Positions 39,300 to 53,000 of a DNA stretch of 64,000 bases are shown here, one piece after another. Within the stretch, counting starts at the first letter, position 1; each line of letters opens with the position of its first letter. A program made the translations under genes and the position numbers. The DNA is taken from NCBI GenBank assembly GCA_036172245.1, contig JAYWIR010000057.1, positions 62,001 through 126,000 of the forward strand, read 5' to 3'. Below the pieces are notes generated by a model, which was not told the origin of the DNA, made no database searches, and saw only the letters and a list, made by a program, of their open reading frames with translations. The DNA is from Raillietiella orientalis. Taxonomy: Eukaryota.

Positions 39300-41365
39300 C
39301 AATCTTGGGACTAATACTTGCCTCAAGAAGGGAAAATCAAAGATAGGGACTGCAGTAAGTGAGGGGAGATAAAGGAGTTTGTGGAGGATTTCCAGGCATG
39401 GACTACCTAAGCACGTTACTTGTGCAGCCTACCAGACGGACAGATGAAGGGAAAGCTTTACATACTAGCTACATTGATGGGTAGAACAGGGACCAAAGTG
39501 GTCAAAGAGTATTATAGGATGCGGGCTCTGACGGATGACTACTGCCGGCACTAGCTCTAGTCTTTTCTAAAGAATTAGACGGGTTTGCTGAAAATGGTGG
39601 CAGTTTATACACGTCAAGTAGCGCCATTTTTTCTGGAGAGAACTAGGAGAACACCTATGGTTACTCTGTATACCAGGAGATGAAGTACATCTGGGCCGAA
39701 GTGGTGGAGTGCTTATGCACGGCGCGGACATTGGGAGAGCACCTAGGGGGAGGAGTGCTATGGACTCGAGTTGTACAGGGAGCTTCGCGATGATTTGGAA
39801 AATGCCGTCTGATTGGAAGAGCGCCGCCGAGTGAGTTCAGTCCGGGATATGGACTGGAGGTAAGAGCGATGCGGGTGGTAAGACGGAAGTGGAAGTGGTG
39901 GGGAGGAGAACACGCGGAATTGCGGAGGGATGTGACGTCTCCTCTTACGACGACGAAAAAATGCACTTCTAATCACTCCAGCACTGCAAGGATGGACATG
40001 ATACTGTTGGAGAAAAGTGAACCACGGAAAGCGAGACCCGTTGTAACGATTTTCCAGCGGAGCTGGTGGACCGCGGTTTGTACAACACTAGCATCACTAG
40101 TTGTTCGCGGGTCATTCCGAGAACTAGAATCGATGAGGAGTTATTACGGTGTGGAAGATCCTTATACCTGGAAAGTCCTGAAGGATCAGAAATCTTTCGA
40201 TCAGCTCCAGTGAGAGTATGGCATGAATTGCGTTCTCCGTGCAATTGCCGATGAACTACCACCCAGAATCGCCAACTCTCATGGAGATTACGTCAAATTC
40301 TGAGATCCTATGTGGTCTAGTATTTTGTGGGTATGATCGGTGAGAGTTAAAGCTGGATAGAAGCGTGGACTTCGAAACAATGGGATGCCCAGCTATTGGA
40401 GATGGACTGCTCTGCTGGACGCACTTCTGGATATCGCTAGTTTTAGAGTAGCGGTGAGTAGATTCTTCGGACGAACTCTTTTTACCACTGTATCCAAGGT
40501 GACGACATAAATTTCGCAACCTTAGATCTTGGAATTGTGAGCTATGGGATTAGAGAAAGTAATTTGGTCAGCATAATGACAACAGAGTGGGTGGTAATCA
40601 CGTTGATGGCCCCTAGGCTCCCTAACCGCTTTTCAACGGAGCAACCCTTTTGGACGTGTGGAACCTGGACCACGTCGCAACTTTGGTGAGAGGCATTTAC
40701 CACAGTTCCCTTTATCAGGAAGGGCGTTGAGTCGGATACATCAATGAAAGTGCGCTACCTTGATATCACGGTAGTCGGCATGAGGAAAATGATAAAACGA
40801 ACGAGTTCTAACGTCTTCTCCGGCTGGCTTACTGGGATTGGGGAGTACTCTGCCCTATCATAGATAAAGTGGAGGTTGAATATGGATGTGACATTAAGAA
40901 TCTTGCCTCCCTCCTGCCTAGGAGGATTTAGAGTAGACCTCAGCTTGGATAAGCTTAGAGGGATTTATTATAGTTAGAGTCGTGGTTAAGGGACCACCTC
41001 TACCAATGGTCTGGAAAGTATATGTGGGGTGTTTAAAACCGGATTGCCACTAGCCGGGATGCACTAGAGTGGGGAGAGAAAATAGGGGTGTGAATGATCT
41101 GGTGTAACTGGCCACCTAGGGTGGGTTCTGTCTTTCTAGTATCCCGCTCGGAGGATCCCTTGATCGGACGCTTCTATTTTTCCTTTTGATGTTACGTAGT
41201 GTTATGGATGACTCACGAAGTGTGACGTAGTTTCCTTATGCTGAGATAGGGAAAGTGACGGAGAAACTGAAATACAGGAGGAATATCGTAAGAATGTAAA
41301 GAGCTCTCACTATAACATCTTGTATAATTGTAAATCTAAGCAATAAAAACCTTGACTGTCTGACA
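39300..41365 (+). mobile_element. Gypsy LTR retrotransposon remnant: RT/RNase H, integrase, PPT and 3' LTR
   Basis: KWKWWGGEHAELRRDVTSP and RPVVTIFQR (RNase H connection), KVYVGCLKP (integrase end), purine tract at ~41067-41088, LTR-like segment with AATAAA ending TGACA at 41365. Confidence 0.6.
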
Positions 41366-41455
41366 TAAAAGATTTCCTAGATGGGTTCGCGCGAATGACG
41401 CTTCAGTTCTTGAGCGGAAAAACACCAAGTGTTTCCTACTTTGAAGATAGAAGCG

Positions 41456-44400
41456 ATTTTATTGCTTATATGTCCAGTTAATAACTGGCTACAGGGATCT
41501 CTGGAAATTTTTTGCAGTTATTCCACTGTTCACTCGGGGTGCTCTTTGCCCCTGTTCATGGTGCTCCTTCCGCTTCATGGATTCCGTGCGGTGTGAACAG
41601 ATTCTACAGCTGGCTCTCGTTTTTCCGTGCAACGTGAGCTGCATGAACATCACTTGAGTACTGGAGGCACAAAGCCACCATCTGCTGCCTCATTTCCATC
41701 CATTTCTTCTTTAAGAGTCCTGGAACTTCCTCATTTCCGGGATCCCCTGCTCCTGGAGAGCCAACGATGAATGCATGTACATTGAAATTGCTTTCCCTCT
41801 CTTCCCAACTGTAGAGCGACGTCCTTTTATTTTGTTTCTTTGTTCTTCCTGGTTGTGCTGAACGCCTCCTTTCCATTTCCTTATAAGCAGCAGACGTCTA
41901 GCACACATATCCGTTTTCCTTTTTGCCAAACCAGTTCCGGTTTTAGGCTGAAAGTGGTTCCTAGCACTCTCCGGTTTATTGATACAGGACTCCACTTGGC
42001 TTCATCCACTGCAGCCTTCCTGATTATTTTTTCAATCTCATCGTGGCGTGCCATAGTCAGAGGAACGTGTTTCTTGAATAGATTTAACATGTGAGATAGC
42101 GTTTTGTCTTCTGACCCACAACGCCGACAAATGGGTTCTGGTTTTTTGGTTGACCCAGCTTCATTGGCAACAAGTTTAGCCTTGCAGCATGAATGAATTT
42201 GTAGTCCTGGAATCTTTTGCGGTATCCATTAGTATGGAAAAAGTTTGAAGCGTGATGTATGTCCACACACTGCACGACTTTCCCTTGACTTATGTGATTT
42301 TGAATTAGAGATTGCCATGAGTGTTCCCTTTGCAATGCTCTCACGCCCGAGGCAAGCATTCCTCTCGTGCTGCTGGTGAAGATGACGGCGTCGACCGTTA
42401 AATTTGATTTCCCATCTTTGAAATTTCATGGAGCTTTCTCTCTTGTCGAGGCCTTCCTTTTGACCACATGCTCTTGATCTCACTGTAGCGCTGGGTGACT
42501 TTCTTGGATGAAACCCCCGTCATGAATTTTCCGAGGTCCTCACTGTTGAGACTTTTTGGATTCTCTTGTGGACTACTTCGCTTGGTGTTTCTTCAGCTAA
42601 CCTTTTCCCTCCATTGTTCGGCGAGGTGGGTAGCTTGAAGCAACTATCTTTGGTAAAGAGATTGGATTCATTAACTATCTTCATCAATCCTAGGCAGTCT
42701 TTGCTTCTTCCTCCGTATATGTATACATTGGCTATCCAGGATGGGAGGTGCTTCACTCTCCATCTGTCTTCTCCATCTATATAGTATCACTCTTCCTTTC
42801 CATGAGTTACGAGTCTCTCATAATGAACTAGTTTGGGGAAGAAGGTCTTTTTGGCATCCATCTTCTGCCATCCCGACAGCTCACTCTCTAGGATGGCACT
42901 TGCATTGTGGCAAATATCTTCCTTTGACAAACACGAGTTGAATACGTTTATACCAAAAGATTTCCCTAGGTATTTGTATGCCATTGATGAGGCAATGCGC
43001 GGAATTTTTTTTTCCCTACTTTTACATGGATTTGTTTTGGTCCTTTTGGAGCTTTCCCGTTGTAATACAACGATGCGCATTTTGCCGGATTGAGGGATAA
43101 GCCGGCTCCCCTCCACGAAATCGTGAAAGTGCGCTACCTTGGTTTTCAGATTTCTCTCGTCCTTGGCTATAACTATGGCGTCGGCGTACGCTACAATTAC
43201 ATCCTCACCATAGCTTTCTCTCATAGACGGAGAAAGCGTTCAACTTCTATAATGAAGAGTGAGCTCAACGGACGAACCTACACTCAACCTTCAATCCTCG
43301 CCGCACGGAGAGGGTTCTGGTTGCCACCGATTCCAGCTGGATGTAAGTGGAAGTTCCAGAGTATATCTCCTGAATGATGCCCATCAGTTTGTCTCCTTTC
43401 CCGGCTTCTTTCAGTGTTCCCATCATCATCTAAGGAAAGACTGACGAAGACGTTCGCGAACTCTATGAAGAATAAGCAGAATCCTTCAATCAGAGACCAT
43501 CAGAGTCTGGTCTTGTTTAAAGAGCAATGTTCTGTTCTAGCACCCCATCAAAGAGCAGGAAATCCTTCTGTTGGGTGCCAATGACTTCGTTCTCTAATAT
43601 CCAACTTCTATTGTCAAAGGCCATAGGCCAAAGATCATTCTATTGCAGGCAGGCTGTGCACTTGGTGCACAGCCTGCCTGCACCGTTACCAATGGATATT
43701 GGTCCCCAGTTAGAGATCTCCTTTGTTGAGGAGGGGTTCTTTGCAAAAAGCATCCTCGTACAATTTCACTCTTCTGGAATTCGAAAGAATTTTCTTAGAT
43801 ATCAAAGATTACCGTGAGCATTTCTGCCTCTGGATCTATACTTCTCCATTCAACGTAAGTATTTCCATCTTCTCCAGGGGAAGAGTTTTCGGCACTCCTC
43901 AATATCGCCACTTTCGCCTCTTACGTAAATGCAGATTGGTCTACAGGGGATGCTGCCTGGCTTCTTCCCAGCAGCATCTTCTTGGGAAGCTCTTCATCTG
44001 ATTCGTGGTCTATCTCCAACCCCTTTTTAAAATGCTTTTCTACAATCTCAACTTCTAATTTGCAACTTTGGTCCTGCTGACCTGCTATGGCTCGAACTCC
44101 TCTTCTGTTCATATTATAGAGCTTCTGGATGGAGGATCTGTCTTTCGGATCAATCCACGGCTTCCACTCTTCTTCAATCTTTTGATTTTAAGTATTTTTT
44201 GAATCTCACTTTTCGCAAGCTATGCCGTGAAAGAGTTCCCTCAGCAAGGCCTTCCTCATCTTCTGAAGATTGACTCTTTCTTTGTCGAATTTCAGGGAAT
44301 AATTCGATTATCATGTCCATTTTCTTTTTTACATTCTTAGTTTCCATATGTCTTGTATTTCTGCTGCTTTTCTTTTCTCTTCTGGTGGCTCTTTTGGCTT

Positions 44401-45230
44401 GCTCTTTTGAGAGAGTGTGGATGTAAGATGCTGATTCAGAGGCACAAGCTATCACACTATATTTTATTATCGATAAGAGCACGTTGTACTTTCCTTTTCC
44501 GTGTCTTTCTTCTGTTTATCTTCGATCAGAGGGCTATAATCGCTTTCAAATTGCCAAATAATTCTCCTTTGTTCCCTTCTTCTAGTGGGAGCACCTCGGT
44601 TAGCATTCCTACTGATGTGCCTTCTTCCCTTTCATCTTCTTTCTTCTGCTGCTTCTTGTGTATTCTCTTTTCGGCTTTCTTCTCCAGGTACATTAATGGA
44701 TGAGACTACCTCGGAGGTCATGTTCTCTCCGTTGGTAGGTTGCAGCCTCCCCACTGGTTCATGCCAGACTTGATGGTTTAGCAGGTTTTTTCTTGTAGAA
44801 AACACCATGATGCACTCCAGTCTGGCACAAACGAGTCTCGTCATGACTTGTACCGTAACCATAGAAGCAGGCGAGCAATTTGTAGATGTGGTGCGAAAGT
44901 CTTGCTAAATGTGTATCAGCACGACATCTGCATCTGTATCTCATTGATACTCTTCCATTCTGTGCATGCTCATCATGTGCCTCTACATTTTTTGCACTTG
45001 AGTCGAACTAATGCAGCCCTATCTATATAGTAGCATCCAGCGACTCCACAGACCATTAAAAATACCTGTGCATATAATAGAATGACCACACGAGCCTGCA
45101 AATCCCAGTCTAAGTTATCCACTGTTTCCATTTCTTCTTTCATTTGTTCTTCAAGTTGTTGTGGTAACCCTGGCAAGCTTCTCCGATGGACGATGACCTT
45201 CAGTTTAGACAAGGAGTTCCTTGTCTACTT
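41456..45230 (-). mobile_element. Utopia/NeSL-type non-LTR retrotransposon (zinc fingers, RT, RLE), full-length but inactivated
   Basis: N-terminal C2H2 CARLECIMVFSTRKNLLNHQVWH; RT SWILENEVI..QKDFLLFDGVLEQN, VAYADA, YKYLGK; FIHAARLNLLP; CRRCG..TLSHV; RHDEI...LKPELV...VLDV; IVGSPGAGDPGN...MVALCLQYSSDVHAAHV; ends with AATAAAA; many stops and frameshifts. Confidence 0.85.
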
Positions 45231-45319
45231 CTCAGGATAATAGACATAGGCAGCCTTAGCAGTTTTACATAAATTTCTGTTCCTAGTGGTATAAAATAGC
45301 GAACTTGCAGAACCAAAGA

Positions 45320-48300
45320 TGTGCACTCCCCTGCCGCGGCTTGGCGAGTGCAATTTACATATCTCGTTAGTGCAAGTTAGTTTAAAACTGCAAATCATCC
45401 CCAAATCCTACCCACTAGGAAGTGACAGTGCAGTGCAGCTGAGAACAATCACCAGCAGCAGAGACACCACAATGGAGGACTTGCATTCCGCCACGGCGAC
45501 AGTTCACCAGTCCGCCGCAAGGGTTGGAGGACAGGTCAACGTCACCTCAGCTGATAAAGATAGAGTCCGGAGAATGTGCAGCGTCTCCGCTTTTCACCTA
45601 CGCGACGGCGCTGGCATCATGGCCTACGACCTCCCAACTAGCGAGGAGCTCCAAGGTCGCGACGCCATCTTGTTCGGCTGCAACGGCACGGCCATTTTCT
45701 TACGCGGCGGTGGCAACCGGGAATTCCAACGCTCCACCACGAACATTTGGAAAGCTGCAGGTCAGCAAAATCGAGGATGTGGATGAGCCGATCGTGCGGA
45801 TCAGTCCGAATGAGAAGCCGATCACTTTCAAAACAGGACTCATCGGGATAAATAATATCAAAGAGGTGTATCTGGTCCTCTATAAAGAGAATGAAGACTT
45901 TGACCACGCACAAGCGATAGTACCGAGCACGACGGGGTTCTCAGTCCACGCGGACAGTGAACCCTTCATCGAGGCCCTGATCAAAAAGGGCATAAATATT
46001 CACGGGAGGGTGGTCCGCGGAATCGGCAAAATGCCGCATACGACGGTGTTTCTTGGAGGAGTCTGCGTGACAACAAATAAACAAGCGGTGTGGAGTTTCC
46101 TCACCAATTACGGGGAAGTTTTGGATGTGGAATTCCGGAACTACTCCGGAAAGGTGTTCTCCGGCGATTTCATCGCCTACATCAATGCGTTATTTGAAGA
46201 TGCGAAGATTACGGGACTCCCACATCGATGGGGATTCCCAGGAAGTCTTCATACGATATAGACAACAGCCTACATTTTTCACGGGTTGCAAGCACTTTGA
46301 CCACAGGGACGGCGCTTGTCCAAGATCTCGGTGCTTTCGCTGCGGCAAGCAGGAACACCGGATCGGGTCTTGCAACCGGCCTGAAGTGAGTGCCTTCTGT
46401 GAGGCAACGGACCGCGCCAGGTGCAGCTGCCCGGAATAAGCCAACTGGCATATCATGCGCGGGCTCACCCGTACGAGAGAGACCCCAGAAGGAGGCGGAA
46501 CAGCCGCAAAAAATCACCGAGAAAGTGGAAAAAGTGAGGGAGGTCGTCCCAGTATCGGAGGACGATATTTATCGAAATGAGGAAAAAGGGGAAGAGGAGA
46601 ATGTTCGCTAAGGAGCAGCAGGCCTCCGACAAGCTCGAGGAAAAAGCAGAAGAGAAAATGGAAACGCAGGAAGCCCTGAAAGTCAAGCGAAGCTGAATGA
46701 AGAGTTTCAACCGGGAACCAGCGGAGAGGAGCAGGGGAAACTCCTGCAACGCATCTCTAAGGTCCAAGAGGACATAAATAATGTGGTGGATGAAACCAAG
46801 CGTGAGAAGCTGGAAGACAAGCTTCTGAAGACATCAAATCGAACTTCTGTGCGACGGTGAGACTGGAGAGGCTCCCACGCAGTGATCGTGGAGGCGGAAA
46901 ACCCGACTGTGGAGGCAGAATTCACTAATCTCACCGAAACGGAGAGCGTTGCTGGTAGCGACAAACCTTCTGCGCGGGGGCTGCAACGGTTTACACGGCA
47001 GAAGAAACTTCCAAAGGCCAAAAAATAAAATCCCTTTATGGCCTCGTTCTTGTTTACCGTTTGGAGGATCAACATCGCCACCTGGAATCCTGGAAAGCTT
47101 GGACTTACCGACCAGGCAAAACGAAAAAGGATTGTGAGGACCATCGCACATCAAGATATAGTGTGCCTGCAAGAAACGTGATGGGGCAACAAATCAGCAT
47201 CGACATGGAACGGAGATGGAACGCAAAACTGTTCTCCAGCGAGGGACAGAGGAACATCATGCGAGTGGTGATCTCGATAAGGAAAGAGCTCGCTCACACC
47301 ATCCTGGAAACCTTCTGCCCCATTCCAAGAAGAATCGTCGGCGTGCGAATGTTGTGGTCCGCAAATGTTCACCTGTTCTTGGTGTACGTATACGGACCAC
47401 ACTACCAAAAGCGTCGGTGTGCGGAAGTGCTTCACGGAACACTCCGACAAAAGGTCGCACCGAAGAACATCGTGATCATCGTAGGGAATTTCAATATCCT
47501 GAACGAAATCATCCATTCCCAAGACGACAGAGGCAGGACAGCGTATCGGCGGCTGTCCGACGAGTTCCAGATGCTGTGGCTAACAGCCAGCCACAAGCCG
47601 ATCGACCAATTCCTCTACAGCTCTGACATAGGGAACCGTATTCATGAGTTTCGTGACACGCCAACCTTGCTTGTCCTTTCACCCGTTGGTGAGGTTTTCC
47701 CTGCGGACTAAAAACCCTCGGCGAAAGAAGGCCACAAGAGCGGCGACTCATCAGAAAGCCAGCCTGGTTCGAAACGCTACCCTGCCAACAAGAAGTCATA
47801 CAGACGATTCTGCAGACGACCAGCATGCGCAGAGTCGCCGACTGGGATAGCCTGAAACACCGAGTCCACCTGTTCTGCAACATGCAGTTCGATCATAAGC
47901 GACTGAGTCAGCAAGCGTACCGGGAGTTGCACTTCCAAGATCGCTCCCTCTCGGATTACTGGGAACAATCCGAAGGTCAGTACGTCTTCCAAAATGTAAA
48001 AGGGGAAGTCGGTGTGCTGGAGAAGAAGAACCTGGAGACAGAGATCTTCTGCATCCAGTACGATGGCCACAGTCGGCACGCGTCGGAAGACATCGCGGTC
48101 GCCTTCCAGAGGTATTACTAGGAGCACTTCCGACGAAGATATCTGTGCCCGACTAATCAAGGGATTTTTCTGCGACATCGGGAAAGACGAACTGGTGAAA
48201 ACCATCGGAAAATGCTTGAAGAGGGAATCTCCGAAAAAGAAGCGAAAGCTGCGTTTGTGGAACTTCGCAAGGATGTGGAGGTGGGCCCTGATAGTGTCCC

Positions 48301-50615
48301 CATCTCTCACTATCAGCGGCTCTTGCATACTTACCGACGTTTGTTCCACCAGCTGACGCTCTGCATCCAACAAGAAGGGCGACTACCTGCATCTTTCTAC
48401 GAAGCAGATGAGATTGTTGCCGAGAGGAGGTGACCTGACTAAGGTTACCCAGTGGAGGTCAATCTCAATCCTGAACAACGATGCCAAGTGCTTAGCAAAG
48501 TTCTGGACCAACCGCTTAGACAATGTCATGCCGAAGCTCATCTCTCCCGTCCAGACACGCGCGGTGCCCAGACGCCACATGTCGGTCAAGTGTGTCTAAA
48601 CTACCACTGGACTCAGCCGATATATCGGCAAGAACTTGGTACTGGGTTTTACTGACATGGAGAAAGCTTTTGATACGGTGGAACATGAGATACTGCTGAA
48701 GATTCTAGGAAGACTGAGCCTCCCGGAACAATTCAGCAACTTCGTGAAGATGCTTGAAAAGCAACACTTGAGGATAAAGATAAACGGGAAAGAGATAGCA
48801 GCCATCCGGATGGAACGAGGAGTCCTCCAAGGCGACGCTCTCAGTCCGATGCTGTTTGTTATATACATAGAAGCTCTCTGATCATTCATCGAGAGAAGTA
48901 AGCACCTCGGCGGAATCATTGTCGACAATCAACGGCTCACCCATCTGGCTTACACGGATGATCTCTCCTTCTTCCTCAAAGGGGAGAGAGATCAGCGTAA
49001 GTTTCTGGATGTGGTGGAGCTTATGGAAGAAGGATTGGGCTTGAAATCAACTCCCAGAAAAGCCAACTTTTGCCCGTCGGAATCCTGGATCTCTCCATAC
49101 TCATAGAGGAAGGATTCCGAACGATGGACAATGCGAAGTACCTGGGTGTCCACATTGGCGACAATTCATCGTCCCAACTATTGTGGAAGGAAACCCTGGG
49201 GTAAAGAGCGCAAGAAAGAGCGAAGTATACTCGTTTGGACTTTATCATGAAGCGTAGGGCCAACCTTTGGAACGGAGTACTCCTTCCAAAGATACTCTTC
49301 TGAGCGGCCTTTTGCAGGATGCATAAAGACACCACAAGAGAGGTAGAAAAGCTACAAAGAAAAACCCTCTGGGGAGGCTATCGACGGAGAGTCCGCCTCA
49401 AACCATTATATTGTCCTAAGGAGGAAGGCGGTACCGGGATGAAGCCGCCTGCACACGCTGTGGACACCATGGACGTGCGACCACTCCTGGACATGTCGAA
49501 AAACTGGGAAGACTGACCGTATGCAGCGCACAGAGCTTACTCGTTGTTGATAAATAACTCGAGAGGACTTATGACTGCGCTGCTCGACCGAGTAAGCAAA
49601 TGGGTCACCATCGACCCAACTTGGAGACGAAAGCAGCAGCTGCTACACAAGCACCTGCTAAAGATCCTACCAAGGAGCAAGGAACTCTGGCAGGAGGAAT
49701 CCATTCTGGTGATCCCGTGGATGCTCCCGCTACCTCCGGATATGGAGGACTGGGTCCACCAGCGGTCCGGGGTTACCTTGCAAGCAGCTGAAGCATGGAG
49801 ACGAGGAGAGTACCTTCACCACTCCCGAGTACTCCGATACATTGACAGGATAGCTGGAAGATTCACCCACAGGACCCACGAAGTGTAGAAAAACCACAAC
49901 AACTTCGTGTGGTCTAGGGTGACAAAGAGAAACCTATGCTGACTAATACTCGAAGAGGACAAAGACACCAGTGCCCTCCAAGAAGCCACCGACCGCCACG
50001 GCAGGGCTGGGATAAACCTGGTAGCGATCGGAACGACGCTCTGGAAGTGTGACTTGTCACCTTATACATAGTATAACCTCCTGATGTTTTATCATGGAGG
50101 AATCCTGTGCGGAACAACCATGAAGCGATTCACAGAAAGAGAAGATGAGGACTGCACAGCATGTGGAGACAAAGTCACAAGACTCCACGTCTTCACCTAT
50201 CCCACTATGCAGCAAGAGTGGCACACCTTTAAAAAGTTAATGGGGCTGCCCACCACATAGACCATGGGAATTTTAGCAGGCATGTTCCAAGGAAATGGGA
50301 ACGTTCCCTGTCACAATCCCATGGTAAGGATGACCATTGCCCTCTTCATCACCGCCATCCATGTGTGGTGGTGGAAGATGAAGACCACCAGGACGCCGTA
50401 TCTCCAATAGAAATCCTGAAAGAGCTTATCCAGAAGATCGGCATAAGAAACTGTGGAAGAGTACAGACCTGGAACTACCGGCATATCCTGAGAAGGATTG
50501 AGGACAACGTGCAGGCATAAACGACGCCCAGTTCCCCAAGTGTAGTGAACCTCAGTGTTAATCCCACGAAACAGACTTCCAGGTGACATAAGTGGAATGA
50601 TTGGAGAAAATAAAT
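45320..50615 (+). mobile_element. Full-length Tx1/L1-clade LINE (ORF1 ~45472-47030 with three CCHC knuckles; ORF2 ~47038-50500 APE-RT-finger), inactivated
   Basis: SYAAV; CFRCGKQEHRIGSC; IATWN, VCLQET, YVYGP, VGNFN; WRSISILNNDAK, DMEKAFD, GVLQGDALSPMLF, AYTDDL, KYLGV, PKEEGG; CTACG...LHVF; AATAAA at ~50608. Confidence 0.92.
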
Positions 50616-50649
50616 GCATCAATATGTAGACTGAATGTTAAAAGAAAAT

Positions 50650-51960
50650 TCACCTCACCCCTTGTGGGACTTAGGGAAAAGAGTTCATGGGGGAGTTCTA
50701 CTTCCTAAGGTGCTCTATGAAGCCGCCCTCTGAAGAGTTTACAGGAAGACCCATACAAAAATTGAAAAAATTCAGAGAGAAATCTTATGGAAGGAGTTGA
50801 GTGTGTGAGTTGAATTGGACAAGTTGAGGGTGAAGCTCTAATATTTGTAACGCCCTAGAGAGGAAAGTGAGACATGAATGTTGCTGTTAGAACGCTCCGT
50901 GCAGACTATGGACGGACAGCAACTTCTGCAACTCTCCAGAGAAATGTGACGAACGAGCTCACCAGAAGTTCACTTAAGAACTCGATAGACCTGATGTCTA
51001 CTCTCATAGGCGTCACTGGAGAGTAGGTGAACATGTATTCCACCTGGAAAAGCAAACAGGCAATGGTGAGGCTTCATCAATTCAAGATTGCGCCTGGAAG
51101 CAGAAAAATTTGGAACTAGTCCTGGTAATACCTCACTTTATTCCTGTTCTAAGCTAAACGTTTATTTGGATAAATTAGAGACGAAGGTTGAAAATGAAGC
51201 ACTGCGAACAGTCGGCCACCAGTGGGAACAGACATTAAGCGTGAGTGTTTCGCTTCAGCATGGAGATGAAAGGAAGTTTCAGTTGCAGAACGCGGAGCTT
51301 TGGAAACAGTCGCTACATCAGGCGTGGCTTCTGATGACCTAGGCCAATAAAGAAATCTTGAAGAAACTTCAAGACGATGACGCTCCCGATGCAGTCTCGA
51401 GTCGCAACTGAGTTGAGCAGGCAAATGTACAGGCAGTCAGGGCTGCACTCTTTAGTGATGGCCTTCCCCTGGACATCCAGGATAACCTCCTATTGGACTA
51501 TTACGGAGGGATCCTGAGTAACTCCGAACTTCGGCACTGGACCGGGAACATTGAAGATGGACTCTGCAAGACGGGTGGAGCCAAAGAAACGCAACTCCAC
51601 GTGTTCATCTGCCCCAAGCTTCGATCTGATTGGCAGTCGGTGAAGGCCGAAACCAGACTGCAAAGAAATAAAAAGATGGAGCTTCTGGCGTGTTTGCTTC
51701 AGGGGAAAGTTTCCGTTCCCCTATACAACTAATGGTTCGAACTACGCGTTTTTTCTTCATGACAGCAATTGTGTTAAGAAAGAAGATGCATCCATCCCAT
51801 TCGAAATCTTTAGAAGAGTGATGCAAAAAGAGATAGCCTGGACGTATCGCAGCATCCTGAGAAAGATTGACGACCACTTCCAGGCAAAAAAAACAACCTC
51901 CACCCACCCTGAACCCAAACTTCAAAGGATGCACAACTGTGAGTGTAAAAGTGAAGTGAA
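50650..51960 (+). mobile_element. 3' fragment of a LINE related to the 45.3-50.6 kb element
   Basis: CKTGGAKETQLHVFICP...LLACLLQG, with tail similarity to 50150-50550. Confidence 0.6.
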
Positions 51961-52381
51961 ATGAACAGTGCAAGAACACTGGTGGAAAAAGGTGGAAAAA
52001 AAGGGAGAAAGACGTTCAAATTTGGTTTCAATAAATTTCCATCTGTGCTTGTCGGATTTGGGAAGAAGAATGCATGGTGCCATTTTTGTTACTGGGAGGC
52101 TCTATATGGTTACAGAGTCAAGGGCAGTAACAGATATATTTGATAAGGCCTATACCTGTTTAGGAAAGGAAGACTTGGGAGGCCCTCTGAGCGTAAAAGG
52201 GTATGGATTGGAAGTGTATAAGGAGGTGAAGCCTTATTTACAATCAGAGCGGTCAATGCCAGCCAAACTAACTACTTAATTCCAATTAATCAAAAGTGGA
52301 CGCTGGATTATCGGCAAAGCCGGAACAGGCCGGAGGGCAATCGTTAAGATAGTGAAGAAACGTACGAGAACTTCATCTATG

Positions 52382-53000
52382 TTTTCACCCGGGTGAGCCG
52401 GGATTTTTATCATTTTAAAAAAACAAAATTACAGTTATTAATTGCAGTCGATTGATTTTTCATTGCTTTTGTGTTCCTGTCGGAACACATTTCCGTATTG
52501 TTTTGCACTTGTTTACCGACTTGAGTGCCGGTAAGGCCTACTCTGCTCGCGAAGGGGACGGGAAAAAGCAAAAGAAAATTCCAAAAAAACGGAAAAACGC
52601 TTGGGGGACATTGTATATGGGGAGGGGGGGGGAAGGGAAGGGATCACTGCTCGCTGAGGGGACGCCTCTGCATCTGGTTCCGGATGCTGACAAGATCTGC
52701 CAGAATTTTTCTCAGCCAGCGCCAACGGGAGACCTTCTCCAAGGAGACGACCGCCCAGTGGATGGCATTCCGACTACTGTGGCCTCTTATCGACGCGTTC
52801 CGCTTGTCCAATATTCAACGTATGCAGCAGAGAACTGCAACACACGCGGCAGCTGGCAGGGCGTTCCGCATCAGGAGGAGACGGAAAATGTCTTTTGGGT
52901 CGTCCACTGTAATGTTCAGAATCGACGAGAGTCGATCCCACGTGGGGCGGAGGGCGACGTTTAGGCAGACATGCTCCAATATACGGGCATTGCAGTCAAG
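52382..53000 (-). mobile_element. LINE 3' end
   Basis: Homologous to 9990-10330; terminal GATAAAAATCCCGGCTCACCCGGGTGAAAA. Confidence 0.8.

Noticed and set aside
38200..39300. Possible LINE endonuclease remnant
   Set aside because: Motifs too degraded to support a call
41440..41460. U2 snRNA gene
   Set aside because: Only 9 nt match the U2 5' end; no branch-recognition sequence or Sm site follows
45274..45290. U2-like TCTGTTCCTA as a Keno-type target of the Tx1 element
   Set aside because: Short match with no duplicate at the element's 3' end (~50615)
52000..52380. RTE-like RT fragment (DIFDKAY)
   Set aside because: A single short motif; insufficient evidence
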